A stretch of 64,000 nt of DNA. Origin: Verrucomicrobiota bacterium (GTDB lineage Bacteria > Verrucomicrobiota > Verrucomicrobiia > Limisphaerales > AAA164-E04). Where the stretch lies: contig CP170459.1 in the NCBI GenBank assembly GCA_047947115.1, positions 1,600,001 to 1,664,000 of the forward strand, written 5' to 3'. A model generated the notes under the pieces. That model was not told the origin of the DNA and made no database searches. It was given only the letters and a program-made list of their open reading frames with translations. Shown here piece by piece: positions 48,963 to 58,696 of this stretch. Numbering within the stretch: the stretch's first letter is position 1; every line of letters begins with the position of its first letter. The translations under genes and the position numbers were made by a program.

Positions 48963-49931
48963 TCAGACTTCAATCACATCTTTTGATTGGATCAGGCTGT
49001 CTTCAACCCGCCAGTCCCAGTTGGCGGGAATCGAATTGGATTCGCACAGTTGGTAACTCTTGCATACCTTTTGGTATAGGTCTTTGACCAGTTCGAAGAG
49101 TACTTCAAACCATCGTTTCGAACTTGGTTTGAGTCGTTCAATGACGCTTGGATCGATCATGTATCCGCAGTTGGATGCCTCGGGATCCTGAGACAAAAAA
49201 TCCGCCATTCGATAGCACACATGCGTGACATCGCTCGTCACGTTTTTCACGATGTTGGGATCGTGTTGAAAACTGATACCCACGGTAATCTCGAATGGAA
49301 GTCCCCAGTTCTGGGCTATGATACCGCCGATTTCGCCGTAGTGGACGTGTAAGATTTCCATTTCGGCCTCCACTTGATTCTTTCCTGACAATTTACAGAC
49401 AGAAAGATACTCCTGAATTTCTGCGTTCATGAATCGGGACATGACCACTTTTCCAACGTTGTGGAGCAGCGCAGAGGTGGTTGAAACCTGCGGGGCATGC
49501 ACTCGAAACACTTTGGAACATTGTTCGGCAGTGATGGAAGCCAACACTGAATCGCGCCAAAGCTGGTTTTCAAGGAGGTTGTAAACCGCCAGTTTGAGAG
49601 AACGAAGTTGGGTGCCAACGGTGCAGGAAAGGAGAAGGTTCAAGGTTTTGAACTCGCCCAAAAAGGAGATGGCTTCCTGAACGGAAGTGACCCGCATGGC
49701 CCGGCCAACATAAGCCGAATTGGCCGCTTTCAGCAACTCCACGGTCAACGCCTGGTCATAGGAGATCAGAGTGCTCATTTCGTCTGTCCCCACATTGGGA
49801 TCGACGATCATGGAACTTAACTTGATGACTGTTGGGTTTAATGGAGGGAATTGCTTCGCTGCATCGATAATCTCGTCGAGATTGGCGATACTGGGTGGGA
49901 GCCTGCTCCACTCTGGTTTTATTTCCCCCAT
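48963..49931 (-). CDS. HDOD-domain signalling protein
   Basis: DQALTVELLKAANSA, EAISFLG, ALLHNVGK, IAQNWGLP. Confidence 0.88.
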   Translation of the reverse strand: MGEIKPEWSRLPPSIANLDEIIDAAKQFPPLNPTVIKLSSMIVDPNVGTDEMSTLISYDQALTVELLKAANSAYVGRAMRVTSVQEAISFLGEFKTLNLLLSCTVGTQLRSLKLAVYNLLENQLWRDSVLASITAEQCSKVFRVHAPQVSTTSALLHNVGKVVMSRFMNAEIQEYLSVCKLSGKNQVEAEMEILHVHYGEIGGIIAQNWGLPFEITVGISFQHDPNIVKNVTSDVTHVCYRMADFLSQDPEASNCGYMIDPSVIERLKPSSKRWFEVLFELVKDLYQKVCKSYQLCESNSIPANWDWRVEDSLIQSKDVIEV

Positions 49932-50059
49932 AGCTTAAAGAATTCCTCGGTTGACCGATCTTGATCCGAACCCGCTTCGCGCGAAGTTCACGTCCTCTCG
50001 TCAGAGCTATCGGAGGCTTGAGGGTAAACTTTAGGGGAAGATGACTTGAATTTTACCCT

Positions 50060-51238
50060 TCAGGATTTCCCAAAACGAATGTGGTCGGCCATGCTCTTTG
50101 CGGATTCAGCGGTCTGGGAGAGATTCTCTCCGATCAGGGTGAGGTGCCCCATCTTGCGTCCTTTTCGACTCTCTTGTTTGCCGTAGATGTGGAGGTGTGC
50201 ATCGGGATCCTGCAATGCTTCGCGGATGCCACTGGGCAGGGCGGGACCATCGGAAGCGCCCAGAAGATTGATCATGACGGCCGCTGGTTTGACCAGAGTG
50301 GTGTCACCCAGGGGCCAGCCCAGGATGGAGCGGATATGGTTTTCAAATTGAGAGCAACGACAGGCTTCGATGGTGTAATGTCCGGAGTTATGCACCCTTG
50401 GAGCCAATTCGTTGACCAGAATGGTTCCATCCTTCGTCAGGAACATCTCCACACCAAAGCATCCCAATCCGTCGACTGCTTCGATGGCCTTTCGCGCGAT
50501 TTCGGAAGCCTTGTCACGAATGGCTGGTTCGATCAACGCGGGAGCTGTGACCACGTGGCAGATGTGATCCTTTTGAACAGTCTCCACCACGGGGTATTCC
50601 GCATGCGAACCATCCACCGACCTCACCACCATGACCGCCAACTCCTTTACAAAAGGGCAAAAGGCTTCCACAAACAAGGGACATGTCCCGCCGCCTAACG
50701 CGTCCCAACCCGCTTGAATGCCATCGGGGTTTTCGATGGTGGCGTTGCCTTTGCCATCGTAGCCTTGTTTACGCTTTTTAAGCACTAACGGCCATCCGAA
50801 GGATTCACCTATCCGGCGAATATCATCGGTGGACTCGACTGATTCAAATGCCGGAACAGGCAAACCGCGTTCCCGCAATCTTGTTTTTTGAAGCAACTTG
50901 TCCTGTACAATAGCCATAGTGCCGGCTCCCGGAATGACTGTGTGTCCGGCTTCCTCCAGGGCTCTCAATGTCTCCGCCTCAACAAATTCGTTTTCCAAAG
51001 TGATCAGATCGCACCCCTTCGCCCAGGAGATCAAGACCGCCGGATCATTCCAATCACCTACCTGGTGATCGTGCACCACACTGGCAGCAGGGCAGTGGGC
51101 GGATTTTTCGATGGTACGAACCTGACACCCAAGCCGGCTGGCGGCTTGAGCCTGCATCCGTGCCAATTGGCCCCCTCCGATGATACCGATCAGAGGCAGC
51201 CGTCCTTCATTTTCAAATGAGCGCGAAAGAAAAGTCAT
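50060..51238 (-). CDS. purK: N5-carboxyaminoimidazole ribonucleotide synthase
   Basis: GGGQLARM, GYDGKG, NELAPRVHNSGH, RKMGH. Confidence 0.95.
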   Translation of the reverse strand: MTFLSRSFENEGRLPLIGIIGGGQLARMQAQAASRLGCQVRTIEKSAHCPAASVVHDHQVGDWNDPAVLISWAKGCDLITLENEFVEAETLRALEEAGHTVIPGAGTMAIVQDKLLQKTRLRERGLPVPAFESVESTDDIRRIGESFGWPLVLKKRKQGYDGKGNATIENPDGIQAGWDALGGGTCPLFVEAFCPFVKELAVMVVRSVDGSHAEYPVVETVQKDHICHVVTAPALIEPAIRDKASEIARKAIEAVDGLGCFGVEMFLTKDGTILVNELAPRVHNSGHYTIEACRCSQFENHIRSILGWPLGDTTLVKPAAVMINLLGASDGPALPSGIREALQDPDAHLHIYGKQESRKGRKMGHLTLIGENLSQTAESAKSMADHIRFGKS

Positions 51239-51541
51239 GTTTTTGCCAGCCAGAACCTAAGAGCAGCCCAGCCAGTGGGTCAAGCGAATCAAGAGATGAT
51301 AGGTAGCTGGAATTGCGGTTGTTCAGCGTTCTGTATTGCTGCCCGAAACAGGATTCAATCATTCAATGGTTGGTTCCAAACGGATTATCGTTGCCAAATG
51401 TTTTCTCAGAAATGCTGACTTGGCTATTCCTGAACCCGGCTAAGAGGAGGGGAAAACAATTGACTGTGAATCCGTCAAAGCGGTTGTGTTCAGAACCCAC
51501 GGATATCTTTGCTTTCTGCCGAAGTTTCTTTGCCAGTTTGT

Positions 51542-52222
51542 TTAGGGAGCGCTAAGTGATTGGCCGTTGTCTTTTGTACCGAGTTGGAGGAGGAAAGGGA
51601 CGGCTTTTTGGGCCCAGGTTTCGGCGGTTTCAAATTGGGAGGCTCCTGTTCCCAAGCAGCTTTGGAGCATCTCGGTGTTGATGATACCCGGGTTCAAGGG
51701 GATGGCGGCAAGTCCGGCAGGCAGTTCTTGTGCCAATGCCTGTGTAAGCCCTTCGATGGCCCATTTGGTGGCACAGTACGGGGCGACTTCCGGGCTGGTG
51801 GAACGTCCCCAGCCGGAACTGAAATTCACCAGGACACCGCTGCCTTTTCGAATCATGAGGGGGATGACATGCCTGATCACGTTTTGAACACCTTTGATGT
51901 TGATGTCGATCACATGATCAAATTCATCTGAATCGATTTCCCATAAGGGCGCATTGTGGTTGATGATGGCTGCATTGTTCAGGACGAGATCGGGTACGCC
52001 GATATCTTTCGTCACGCTTTGGATCCAGCGGGCTACTTCCTGGTCGTTGCTCACATCGACCGGAGCAAAACGATGTGGAGTTCCCAATGCTGAACTCAAC
52101 GATTGAAGGGATCCTGCGTTTCGACCGCATCCCGCAACAGTATGGCCTTCCCGTGCGAAACCTTTCGCCATGGCGCAGCCGAGTCCTTTGGATACGCCTG
52201 TGATTAAAATGATTTTGCTCAT
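51542..52222 (-). CDS. Short-chain dehydrogenase/reductase
   Basis: TGVSKGLG, NNAA, YCATK; coupled to the upstream gene by a 4-bp overlap. Confidence 0.9.
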   Translation of the reverse strand: MSKIILITGVSKGLGCAMAKGFAREGHTVAGCGRNAGSLQSLSSALGTPHRFAPVDVSNDQEVARWIQSVTKDIGVPDLVLNNAAIINHNAPLWEIDSDEFDHVIDINIKGVQNVIRHVIPLMIRKGSGVLVNFSSGWGRSTSPEVAPYCATKWAIEGLTQALAQELPAGLAAIPLNPGIINTEMLQSCLGTGASQFETAETWAQKAVPFLLQLGTKDNGQSLSAP

Positions 52223-53184
52223 GGTTGCACCTTTTTGCGTCGTTCCATGAGTTCCTTCCAAGTTGTGAGGATGATTCCTTCGGATTCGATGGTCTGTTTG
52301 ACCAAAGGACTGGTCAGGGCGTTGAGATCGCCTTTTCGTGACTCGCTGGAGCCGGTTACGAGTGGGAATATGTCACTTGGGTCCGAGGCGTGGAACAGGA
52401 TTTCGGTGATTCCCGGCTTGAGGGCTTTCAGGAGTGTGGCCAGTCGTTCGGGCTTCTCATCCGCCGGCCAGCCGTAGGTGTTGGTGTGGAGGTCGTCAAT
52501 GACGGGGAGTCCTGCTCCCCACACTTTAGCCACGTAGGGCTTCAATGCTTCAACCGCATCTCCGTTCTCCTGTTTCGCGTAAGTGAGATGTCCGCCGGCG
52601 ATCAAGATGGGGATCTGCTCTTCGATCCCTACCTTCACGTAGCGTTCGAAGTAAGCCGGATGGGCAAAAAGGGTTCCCATATGGCTGTCCAGGTGAGTGA
52701 TAGGGATGTTCAGTGTTTTGGCTCGATCGATTTGAGCGCGGATTTCGAGTTCGATTTCATCCGCGGTGGCACTGGCCAATACCTGGGGGACGCTGCGCCA
52801 GAGGCATCCTTCGTTGTCTACCAGGCCGGGGACGGCAGCTTTGCCGGCAAGGGGGCCCCATCGATAAGATTTCCATTCCGAAGTCAGGGTCAGGTGTAAT
52901 CCACTGTCCACATGGGGGTGATCAAGAAGATAGTGACCGATCTCAGAAACCCAGGAGCAGGGCATCATGACCGCCCATGAAGTGGCGACACCTTTTTCGA
53001 CGGATTGAATAGCTCCCTGGTTCGAGGAGTGGGACATGCCGACATCATCGACATGGAGGATGACCACCACGTCATTGGCATTCCAGCCCAGACGCTCAGC
53101 AAAGGATTCGGCGTAACCTCCTTCATGACACATGATGTAGCCTATTACCGCCCATAAAGGGGTCAATTTTTTGAAATGGTTCAT
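52219..53184 (-). CDS. YdjC/ChbG-family carbohydrate deacetylase, secreted
   Basis: HVDDVG, GLHLTL, THLDSHM; signal peptide from 53184. Confidence 0.85.
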   Translation of the reverse strand: MNHFKKLTPLWAVIGYIMCHEGGYAESFAERLGWNANDVVVILHVDDVGMSHSSNQGAIQSVEKGVATSWAVMMPCSWVSEIGHYLLDHPHVDSGLHLTLTSEWKSYRWGPLAGKAAVPGLVDNEGCLWRSVPQVLASATADEIELEIRAQIDRAKTLNIPITHLDSHMGTLFAHPAYFERYVKVGIEEQIPILIAGGHLTYAKQENGDAVEALKPYVAKVWGAGLPVIDDLHTNTYGWPADEKPERLATLLKALKPGITEILFHASDPSDIFPLVTGSSESRKGDLNALTSPLVKQTIESEGIILTTWKELMERRKKVQP

Positions 53185-53340
53185 ATTCAACATACATATC
53201 CAATGCATAAAGTAGACTAACTCATCACATGTGACATTCAACCATCAACTGATGGTATCGGCTCGGAGAGGAGGACGCGTCGGGGCGCTTCGTGGTGAAG
53301 TCGCCGGGTGGAAACCCAGTTGGCGATGGGTAAAGAGAGA

Positions 53341-53416
53341 TGGTGGGCGAAGAGGGACTCGAACCCCCGACCTACTGTGTGTAAGACAGCTGCGCTAGCC
53401 ACTGCGCCATTCGCCC
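53341..53416 (-). tRNA. tRNA-Val(TAC)
   Basis: Cloverleaf GGGCGAA...TTCGCCC-ACCA; anticodon loop CT-TAC-AC; TTCGA T-loop; 76 nt. Confidence 0.96.
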
Positions 53417-53604
53417 CACCGGAACACTGCTCCGAGCGGATCAGCGCAAAGACGATAGGGGGATGCTTGGGATCAATCAAGTGCCAAATAGGATAAAATC
53501 CGGATTTTTGTTGGGCAAATCCGAAGTGAGTTTTGAACCATTGCATTGACCGAGGGTCGAAATTCCACTATAGGTAATGTACCAACAAGAAAGTGCATAA
53601 AACG

Positions 53605-54732
53605 ATGAAACGTTTGAATTACATTGCGAGTTTGGGCTTGCTGGGAGCTGTAGCGTTCTCTGTCAGTGCCGGTGAGCCCATTATTTTTGATCATTCAGCA
53701 AGAACTCAGACGCCTAAGTTTGAGTTTGGAGCGGAGAAAAAACTGGACGACGGCACGCAATTTCCGGATCGGAAGGGCAGCTCGGTTGAGGCTGTCGTGG
53801 CTCCCTGGCAGAACCCCATGAATTCGGGAAAGCTTGATGCCAAGCAGCGCAAGGCACTGATGGAGGCTTTGGACAAGAAGCAAAACTGGGCTTTTCAATC
53901 AGGGGAAGATTATCTTGGAACAGCCGATCTGGATGGGGTGGATACAGATGAAGATTCCTTTCCTTCATCCGACTTGGAGTCTAAATCCGCATCGCTCAAG
54001 CTTGCGGAACGCGTTTATTATGGTGATAAGAACAAAAAAGAATCCCTTAACAAACGAGAGCGCACCAAGCGGGAAAATCGTTTTAAGGACGACAAGGATA
54101 ACCTTTCCACGGACAACAAAAAAAATATGACTGGTGAGGAGTTGTTGGCTCAAAGTGGCGGCGTCGCAACACCTTCCTTCTACCAACAACAGTTCGACAG
54201 CCTTTTTCAATCGGGGCAGGGATTGAACAACAATACCAGCAAAGATTCGCTGGGTACCATGTCTCAAAGAGAGGTGACGGCTGCTAGCATGTTGGGCATG
54301 GGAAATTTGGTTCCAGAGCAGTATAAGCAAGGCAATCCCAGCTCCGGGCGTTCGCAGAGTTTCCAAAACCTCATGGATTCCAATTTCACGGGTTTATCAA
54401 CCAAAACCTCACAGAACACTTTGGGAAATCTTTCCCAAAACGGCTTGGGGGGCTCGGAAACAAGCGGATTGCTGGGTAACTTATCTGGTGTGAGCAGTAA
54501 CATAGTGCCCGGTAGGGAATTATCAGGAGGTTTGTCGAGCGGTTCCTTGAATTCCAGTCTCAATTCATTCAATTCCTCAAGAGCCTTGGGTGGGACACCC
54601 CTGGATCTGGGAAACAGTGGTTTTGCTCCATCCGGTCTTGGAGGGGGAGGTTTTAGTCCGCTTGCCAGTCCGAGTGCTGCTCCATCGGTGCAGCGTCCTA
54701 TTTTCTTCGAAATACCCAGAAGGGCCTTCTGA
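53605..54732 (+). CDS. Secreted hypothetical protein with low-complexity G/S/N/L C-terminal half
   Basis: Signal peptide; long ORF; ends in FFEIPRRAF. Confidence 0.6.
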   Translation: MKRLNYIASLGLLGAVAFSVSAGEPIIFDHSARTQTPKFEFGAEKKLDDGTQFPDRKGSSVEAVVAPWQNPMNSGKLDAKQRKALMEALDKKQNWAFQSGEDYLGTADLDGVDTDEDSFPSSDLESKSASLKLAERVYYGDKNKKESLNKRERTKRENRFKDDKDNLSTDNKKNMTGEELLAQSGGVATPSFYQQQFDSLFQSGQGLNNNTSKDSLGTMSQREVTAASMLGMGNLVPEQYKQGNPSSGRSQSFQNLMDSNFTGLSTKTSQNTLGNLSQNGLGGSETSGLLGNLSGVSSNIVPGRELSGGLSSGSLNSSLNSFNSSRALGGTPLDLGNSGFAPSGLGGGGFSPLASPSAAPSVQRPIFFEIPRRAF

Positions 54733-54734
54733 GA

Positions 54735-55967
54735 TCAAGGCATCGTAGGCCAGAGCAGGAGAGGCACTTCCGAACCGGCCTCCAGCTCGGAGGATTCCGG
54801 GACGGCCACCAGCCCTGAGGATGCTGCCAATGATCCCAGGGCATGAGATGCCTGGTTGGCTCCGGATTTGGTCAATCTGCCTCCGGCGTCGTGGTGCATT
54901 CTGAGATAAAGCCTGCGATCCCCAGGATTTTCCAGTTTTTCAGCTAGTAATCCTTGCGTGTAGGTATGTGAAAATGCCTTTTCCCCACCCAGTTTTACCA
55001 GCGCCGGATGCACCAGTAGAGTGAAGGTGACGGTGGCAGATACGGGGTTGCCAGGGAGTCCGAAGAGTGGCTTGGATTGGACATTGCCGAACACCAGCGG
55101 TTTGCCTGGCTTGATGCGGATACGCCAGAAATCGATGGTTCCTCCAAGGGATTCAATAGCCGGCTTGATAAAATCATAATCACCAACCGAAACCCCTCCG
55201 CTGGTTACGATGGCATCGCATTCATCGGCTGCTTTGGACAGGGATGAGCAGGTGGCTTCCAGACTGTCTTCCACAATAGGGTAGACGATTGGGTCGCATC
55301 CCGCCCGTTTGACCAGAGATTGGATCAAAACTCGATTGCTTTCATAGATACCTCCATCGGTGAGTGTCGTGCCCGGTTCGCAAAGTTCCGTGCCTGTTGC
55401 CAGGATGCCTACTTTGGGTCGACGATGGACCTGACATCGATGTGTTCCTGTTGCCGCAGCCAGAGCGACCTGAAAAGGGGAAAGTCGAATGCCCGGTTCA
55501 CAAATAAGGGTGCCTTCTTTGATGTCCTCGCCCCGAAACCGAACATTTTCAAAAGGTCGGACCGGATCCAGAACATGAATGGATTCGGGATGTTCATCAT
55601 CTTGGGCGGTATCCTCTTGCATGACCACGGCGTCAGCTCCGTCCGGCATGGGGGACCCGGTGAAGATGCGAATACAGGTGCCCGAGGTTACCCGGATTTT
55701 TGGTGTTGATCCGGCTGGGATTTCACCCAAACATTTTAATTTGATCGGGTTGGATATGGAAGAAGATTTAACATCGGCGGCCTGCAAAGCGTATCCATCC
55801 ATGGCCGAATTATCCCACACCGGCAGCGAAATGCCTGCCTTGAGTGCCGAGGAGATGATTCTTCCATCTGCTTCGTTGATGGATATTTCTTCCATTTCCA
55901 ACGGATTCATTTTGGTCATCATGCGTTCAAGCGCTTCTTCCAGTGTCAGCATCATGGGTGAAATCAT
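54735..55967 (-). CDS. moeA: Molybdopterin molybdotransferase
   Basis: SAMDGYA, GADAVVMQE, TSGGVSVGDYD, KPGKP, GLPGNPVS. Confidence 0.95.
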   Translation of the reverse strand: MISPMMLTLEEALERMMTKMNPLEMEEISINEADGRIISSALKAGISLPVWDNSAMDGYALQAADVKSSSISNPIKLKCLGEIPAGSTPKIRVTSGTCIRIFTGSPMPDGADAVVMQEDTAQDDEHPESIHVLDPVRPFENVRFRGEDIKEGTLICEPGIRLSPFQVALAAATGTHRCQVHRRPKVGILATGTELCEPGTTLTDGGIYESNRVLIQSLVKRAGCDPIVYPIVEDSLEATCSSLSKAADECDAIVTSGGVSVGDYDFIKPAIESLGGTIDFWRIRIKPGKPLVFGNVQSKPLFGLPGNPVSATVTFTLLVHPALVKLGGEKAFSHTYTQGLLAEKLENPGDRRLYLRMHHDAGGRLTKSGANQASHALGSLAASSGLVAVPESSELEAGSEVPLLLWPTMP

Positions 55968-56075
55968 AAAGCAGTATCTGGAGGGATGGAAATCCCGAAT
56001 CAGATTCCAATGACTAAAAAACGGAATTTAATTTGCAAAATGAGCGTTCATGACGGCAGGTTGGTGTGGTTTAAA

Positions 56076-56834
56076 ATGGTGGAAACGCAAGTTCAGCAGA
56101 ATGCTTATTATGATCCCGGCAATCAACGGGCACAGCGTGTATGTGACCTGTTCGATCGCATAGCGCGGCGTTACGATTTGATCAATGACGTGCAGAGCGC
56201 CGGGTTGCATCGTTTGTGGAAGCGTCGGGTGGTTCAAGAAGCGGGGATTTCCAATGGACAAACCGCTCTCGATGTGTGCTGCGGCACGGGGGATCTGGCC
56301 TTTTCCATGGCCCGCAAAGGAGCTCAGGTGACCGGCCTGGATTTCAGTCGGCAGATGTTGAACGTTGCCCGGCAGCGGGGTGCTTTTGTTAACAGGGATC
56401 GGTTGGAACATTCCTTTTCTACACCTACATTTGTCGAAGGGGACGCCATGCAGCTACCCTTCGAGGATGCTTCCTTTGATGTGTTGACCATGGCCTACGG
56501 GTTGAGGAATTTGAGTGATTGGAGAAAGGGGTTGTCAGAATGTCATCGAGTGCTTCGACCCGGCGGGCGGATGGTGATCCTCGATTTCGGAAAACCACCG
56601 AATCCCACCTGGCGTTCCCTGTATTTCAGTTACCTGCGTCTAATTGTGCCGGTCATGGGGTGGAGCCTGGTTGGTGATGCCGAGGCTTATCGTTATATTT
56701 TGACATCCCTGCAGCATTTTCCAGCCCAACGTGGCATTGAATCCGAGATGGTCCGGTTGGGTTGCCGACACGTCCGCACACACCTTTTTCTGGGTGGCGT
56801 GATGAGTTTGAATATGGCTTCCAAGCGCGGGTAA
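56076..56834 (+). CDS. ubiE: UbiE/MenG demethylmenaquinone methyltransferase
   Basis: FDRIARRYDLIND...GLHRLWK, DVCCGTGD, YGLRN, RVLRPGG. Confidence 0.88.
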   Translation: MVETQVQQNAYYDPGNQRAQRVCDLFDRIARRYDLINDVQSAGLHRLWKRRVVQEAGISNGQTALDVCCGTGDLAFSMARKGAQVTGLDFSRQMLNVARQRGAFVNRDRLEHSFSTPTFVEGDAMQLPFEDASFDVLTMAYGLRNLSDWRKGLSECHRVLRPGGRMVILDFGKPPNPTWRSLYFSYLRLIVPVMGWSLVGDAEAYRYILTSLQHFPAQRGIESEMVRLGCRHVRTHLFLGGVMSLNMASKRG

Positions 56835-56855
56835 TGCATGCTCTCTCAGCGCCTC

Positions 56856-57695
56856 TCAATCCACAATACGTTTGGTGTGTGTGTAGGCATTGAATCGCTC
56901 CTCCCTCAGAAAACCGATGAGTGTTTGTCCATTGGCTTGCGCAAATTCGATGGCCAGGCTTGATGGCGCCGATGCAAATGCAACAGTTGGAATGCCCGCC
57001 GCCAGGGCCTTTTGAACGATTTCAAAGGAGGCTCGACTGGTGACAAGAAGGATGGTGTCTTGTAGACGCAATCCTCCCCGAAGCAAGCGGCCTCCGATGA
57101 CTTTATCCACGGCGTTGTGCCTTCCTACATCTTCCTTGATATCGATCAAGTGACCTTCAGCATTGAACAATGCCGCGGCATGAAGCCCTCCGGTAGTTTC
57201 GAAGCCGTGCTGTTTTCCATTGAATGATTGAAACAGCTGCAGGATGACGGAGGAACGGATGCTTGATGCGGTTTGGATGGGAGGGAATTTTGAACGTATG
57301 GCATCCACGGCGGATTTCCCGCACAGACCGCATCCTGAGGCGGCATAGCTAAACCTGCCCATCAGGTCTTCATCGAGTTTGATTTCCGGATGGAGAAAGA
57401 CATTCAGGACGTTTTCATTCAACTGGCTGCCTTGCTGGCAGTGTTCCAGATCGAGAATGTGTTCCGGTTTGCTGATCACTCCTTCACTCCAAAGATAGCC
57501 TGCCGCCAGACTTTTGTCATGGCCAGGGGTGCGCATGGTGACCAGAAGAGGTTTGCCTTGAATGCGGATCTCCAGAGGTTCCTCAACGGCTACTTCATCC
57601 TCCAGAGAGGTGGGGGCGGAGTGTGCCTGATAACGCACGACGATTTGCCGTCTGGTCTGCGATATGGTTGTCGCTTGAAACGAAAAACTTTTCAT
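56856..57695 (-). CDS. fdhD: Formate dehydrogenase accessory sulfurtransferase
   Basis: VEEPLEI, MRTPG, CGLCG, TGGLHAA, EDVGRHNAVDK. Confidence 0.95.
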   Translation of the reverse strand: MKSFSFQATTISQTRRQIVVRYQAHSAPTSLEDEVAVEEPLEIRIQGKPLLVTMRTPGHDKSLAAGYLWSEGVISKPEHILDLEHCQQGSQLNENVLNVFLHPEIKLDEDLMGRFSYAASGCGLCGKSAVDAIRSKFPPIQTASSIRSSVILQLFQSFNGKQHGFETTGGLHAAALFNAEGHLIDIKEDVGRHNAVDKVIGGRLLRGGLRLQDTILLVTSRASFEIVQKALAAGIPTVAFASAPSSLAIEFAQANGQTLIGFLREERFNAYTHTKRIVD

Positions 57696-58576
57696 TCAGC
57701 CGAGCCATTGTCGTCCCACAGCCACTTCAGGGTTTCGGGAAGAATGGCCCCACCGTGTTGTCCGCTATGGCTGCCTTCTCCCATGATGAAACGATAGTCG
57801 TATCCCATGAACTGGAGCGCCGCCGCCATTTCCTGATTGGCCAGCGGCCAATGGCCGTGCAGATTGTCGAGGTCGTTGGCGCCTTCTTGAAGGAAGATTT
57901 TCAGTGGTTTCTTTTCCGTTTTCCGAATCAAAAAGGGATATACATGGCCTCCGCGAATATTTACGAAGCTTCCAATGTGACTAATAACCTTGCCAAAGGC
58001 CTCGGGTCGTTCCCAGGCAACCGTAAATGCCGCTATGCCTCCGGAACTGATGCCGCAGATAGCGCGTTGTTTTGGGTCTTTGGAGATGTTGTATTGTAAC
58101 TCAATATGCGGAAGCAGTTCTTCCAGAAGAAAACGTGCATAGCGGTCCCCGAGCGAATCATATTCAAAACTCCTGTTCTGGCGTGGGGCCTGTCCGCTTT
58201 CAGAAGATGGGATGATGCCGGGATTGACGAACACACCGATCGTGACGGGCATCTCTCCACGGTGAATCAGGTTGTCGAACACGACAGGGGTTCTGAAACT
58301 TCCTGTCTCGCTGACATAGCTGCGGCCGTCGTTGAACACCGTCAGGCAGGCGGCGTTCTCCTTGTTGTATTGCGACGGCACATAGATCCAGTAGTCCCTT
58401 TTCGTCCCCGGAAAAATGTCGCTATGCCACACATCGTGATGAATGGTGCCTTTTGGGACGTTCGGCTGCGGTTGTGAATCCGGTCCCAATTTGTACTCGG
58501 CAGCCCCGGTGGTCAATCCGTACAGAGCAAGCAGGAGAACACATCCTCGTGTCATCATTGTCCAATGGTGTCTCAT
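57692..58576 (-). CDS. Secreted Fes-like alpha/beta-fold esterase
   Basis: GISSGG nucleophile elbow; NRSFEYD; signal peptide. Confidence 0.85.
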   Translation of the reverse strand: MRHHWTMMTRGCVLLLALYGLTTGAAEYKLGPDSQPQPNVPKGTIHHDVWHSDIFPGTKRDYWIYVPSQYNKENAACLTVFNDGRSYVSETGSFRTPVVFDNLIHRGEMPVTIGVFVNPGIIPSSESGQAPRQNRSFEYDSLGDRYARFLLEELLPHIELQYNISKDPKQRAICGISSGGIAAFTVAWERPEAFGKVISHIGSFVNIRGGHVYPFLIRKTEKKPLKIFLQEGANDLDNLHGHWPLANQEMAAALQFMGYDYRFIMGEGSHSGQHGGAILPETLKWLWDDNGSAE

Positions 58577-58696
58577 GGTATCTGCATGATGTTAGTTTGC
58601 CCTGTGGCAGGTCGCCAGCAGAAAAAAGGGACAAACATTTGAAGGATTGTAACCCTGACATTCGGCCTCATTCCTGCTACCATAGGGGCACTAGTT

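Noticed and set aside
53240..53416. Integrative element at tRNA-Val
   Set aside because: No integrase is adjacent and I saw no duplicated tRNA 3' end in the window.
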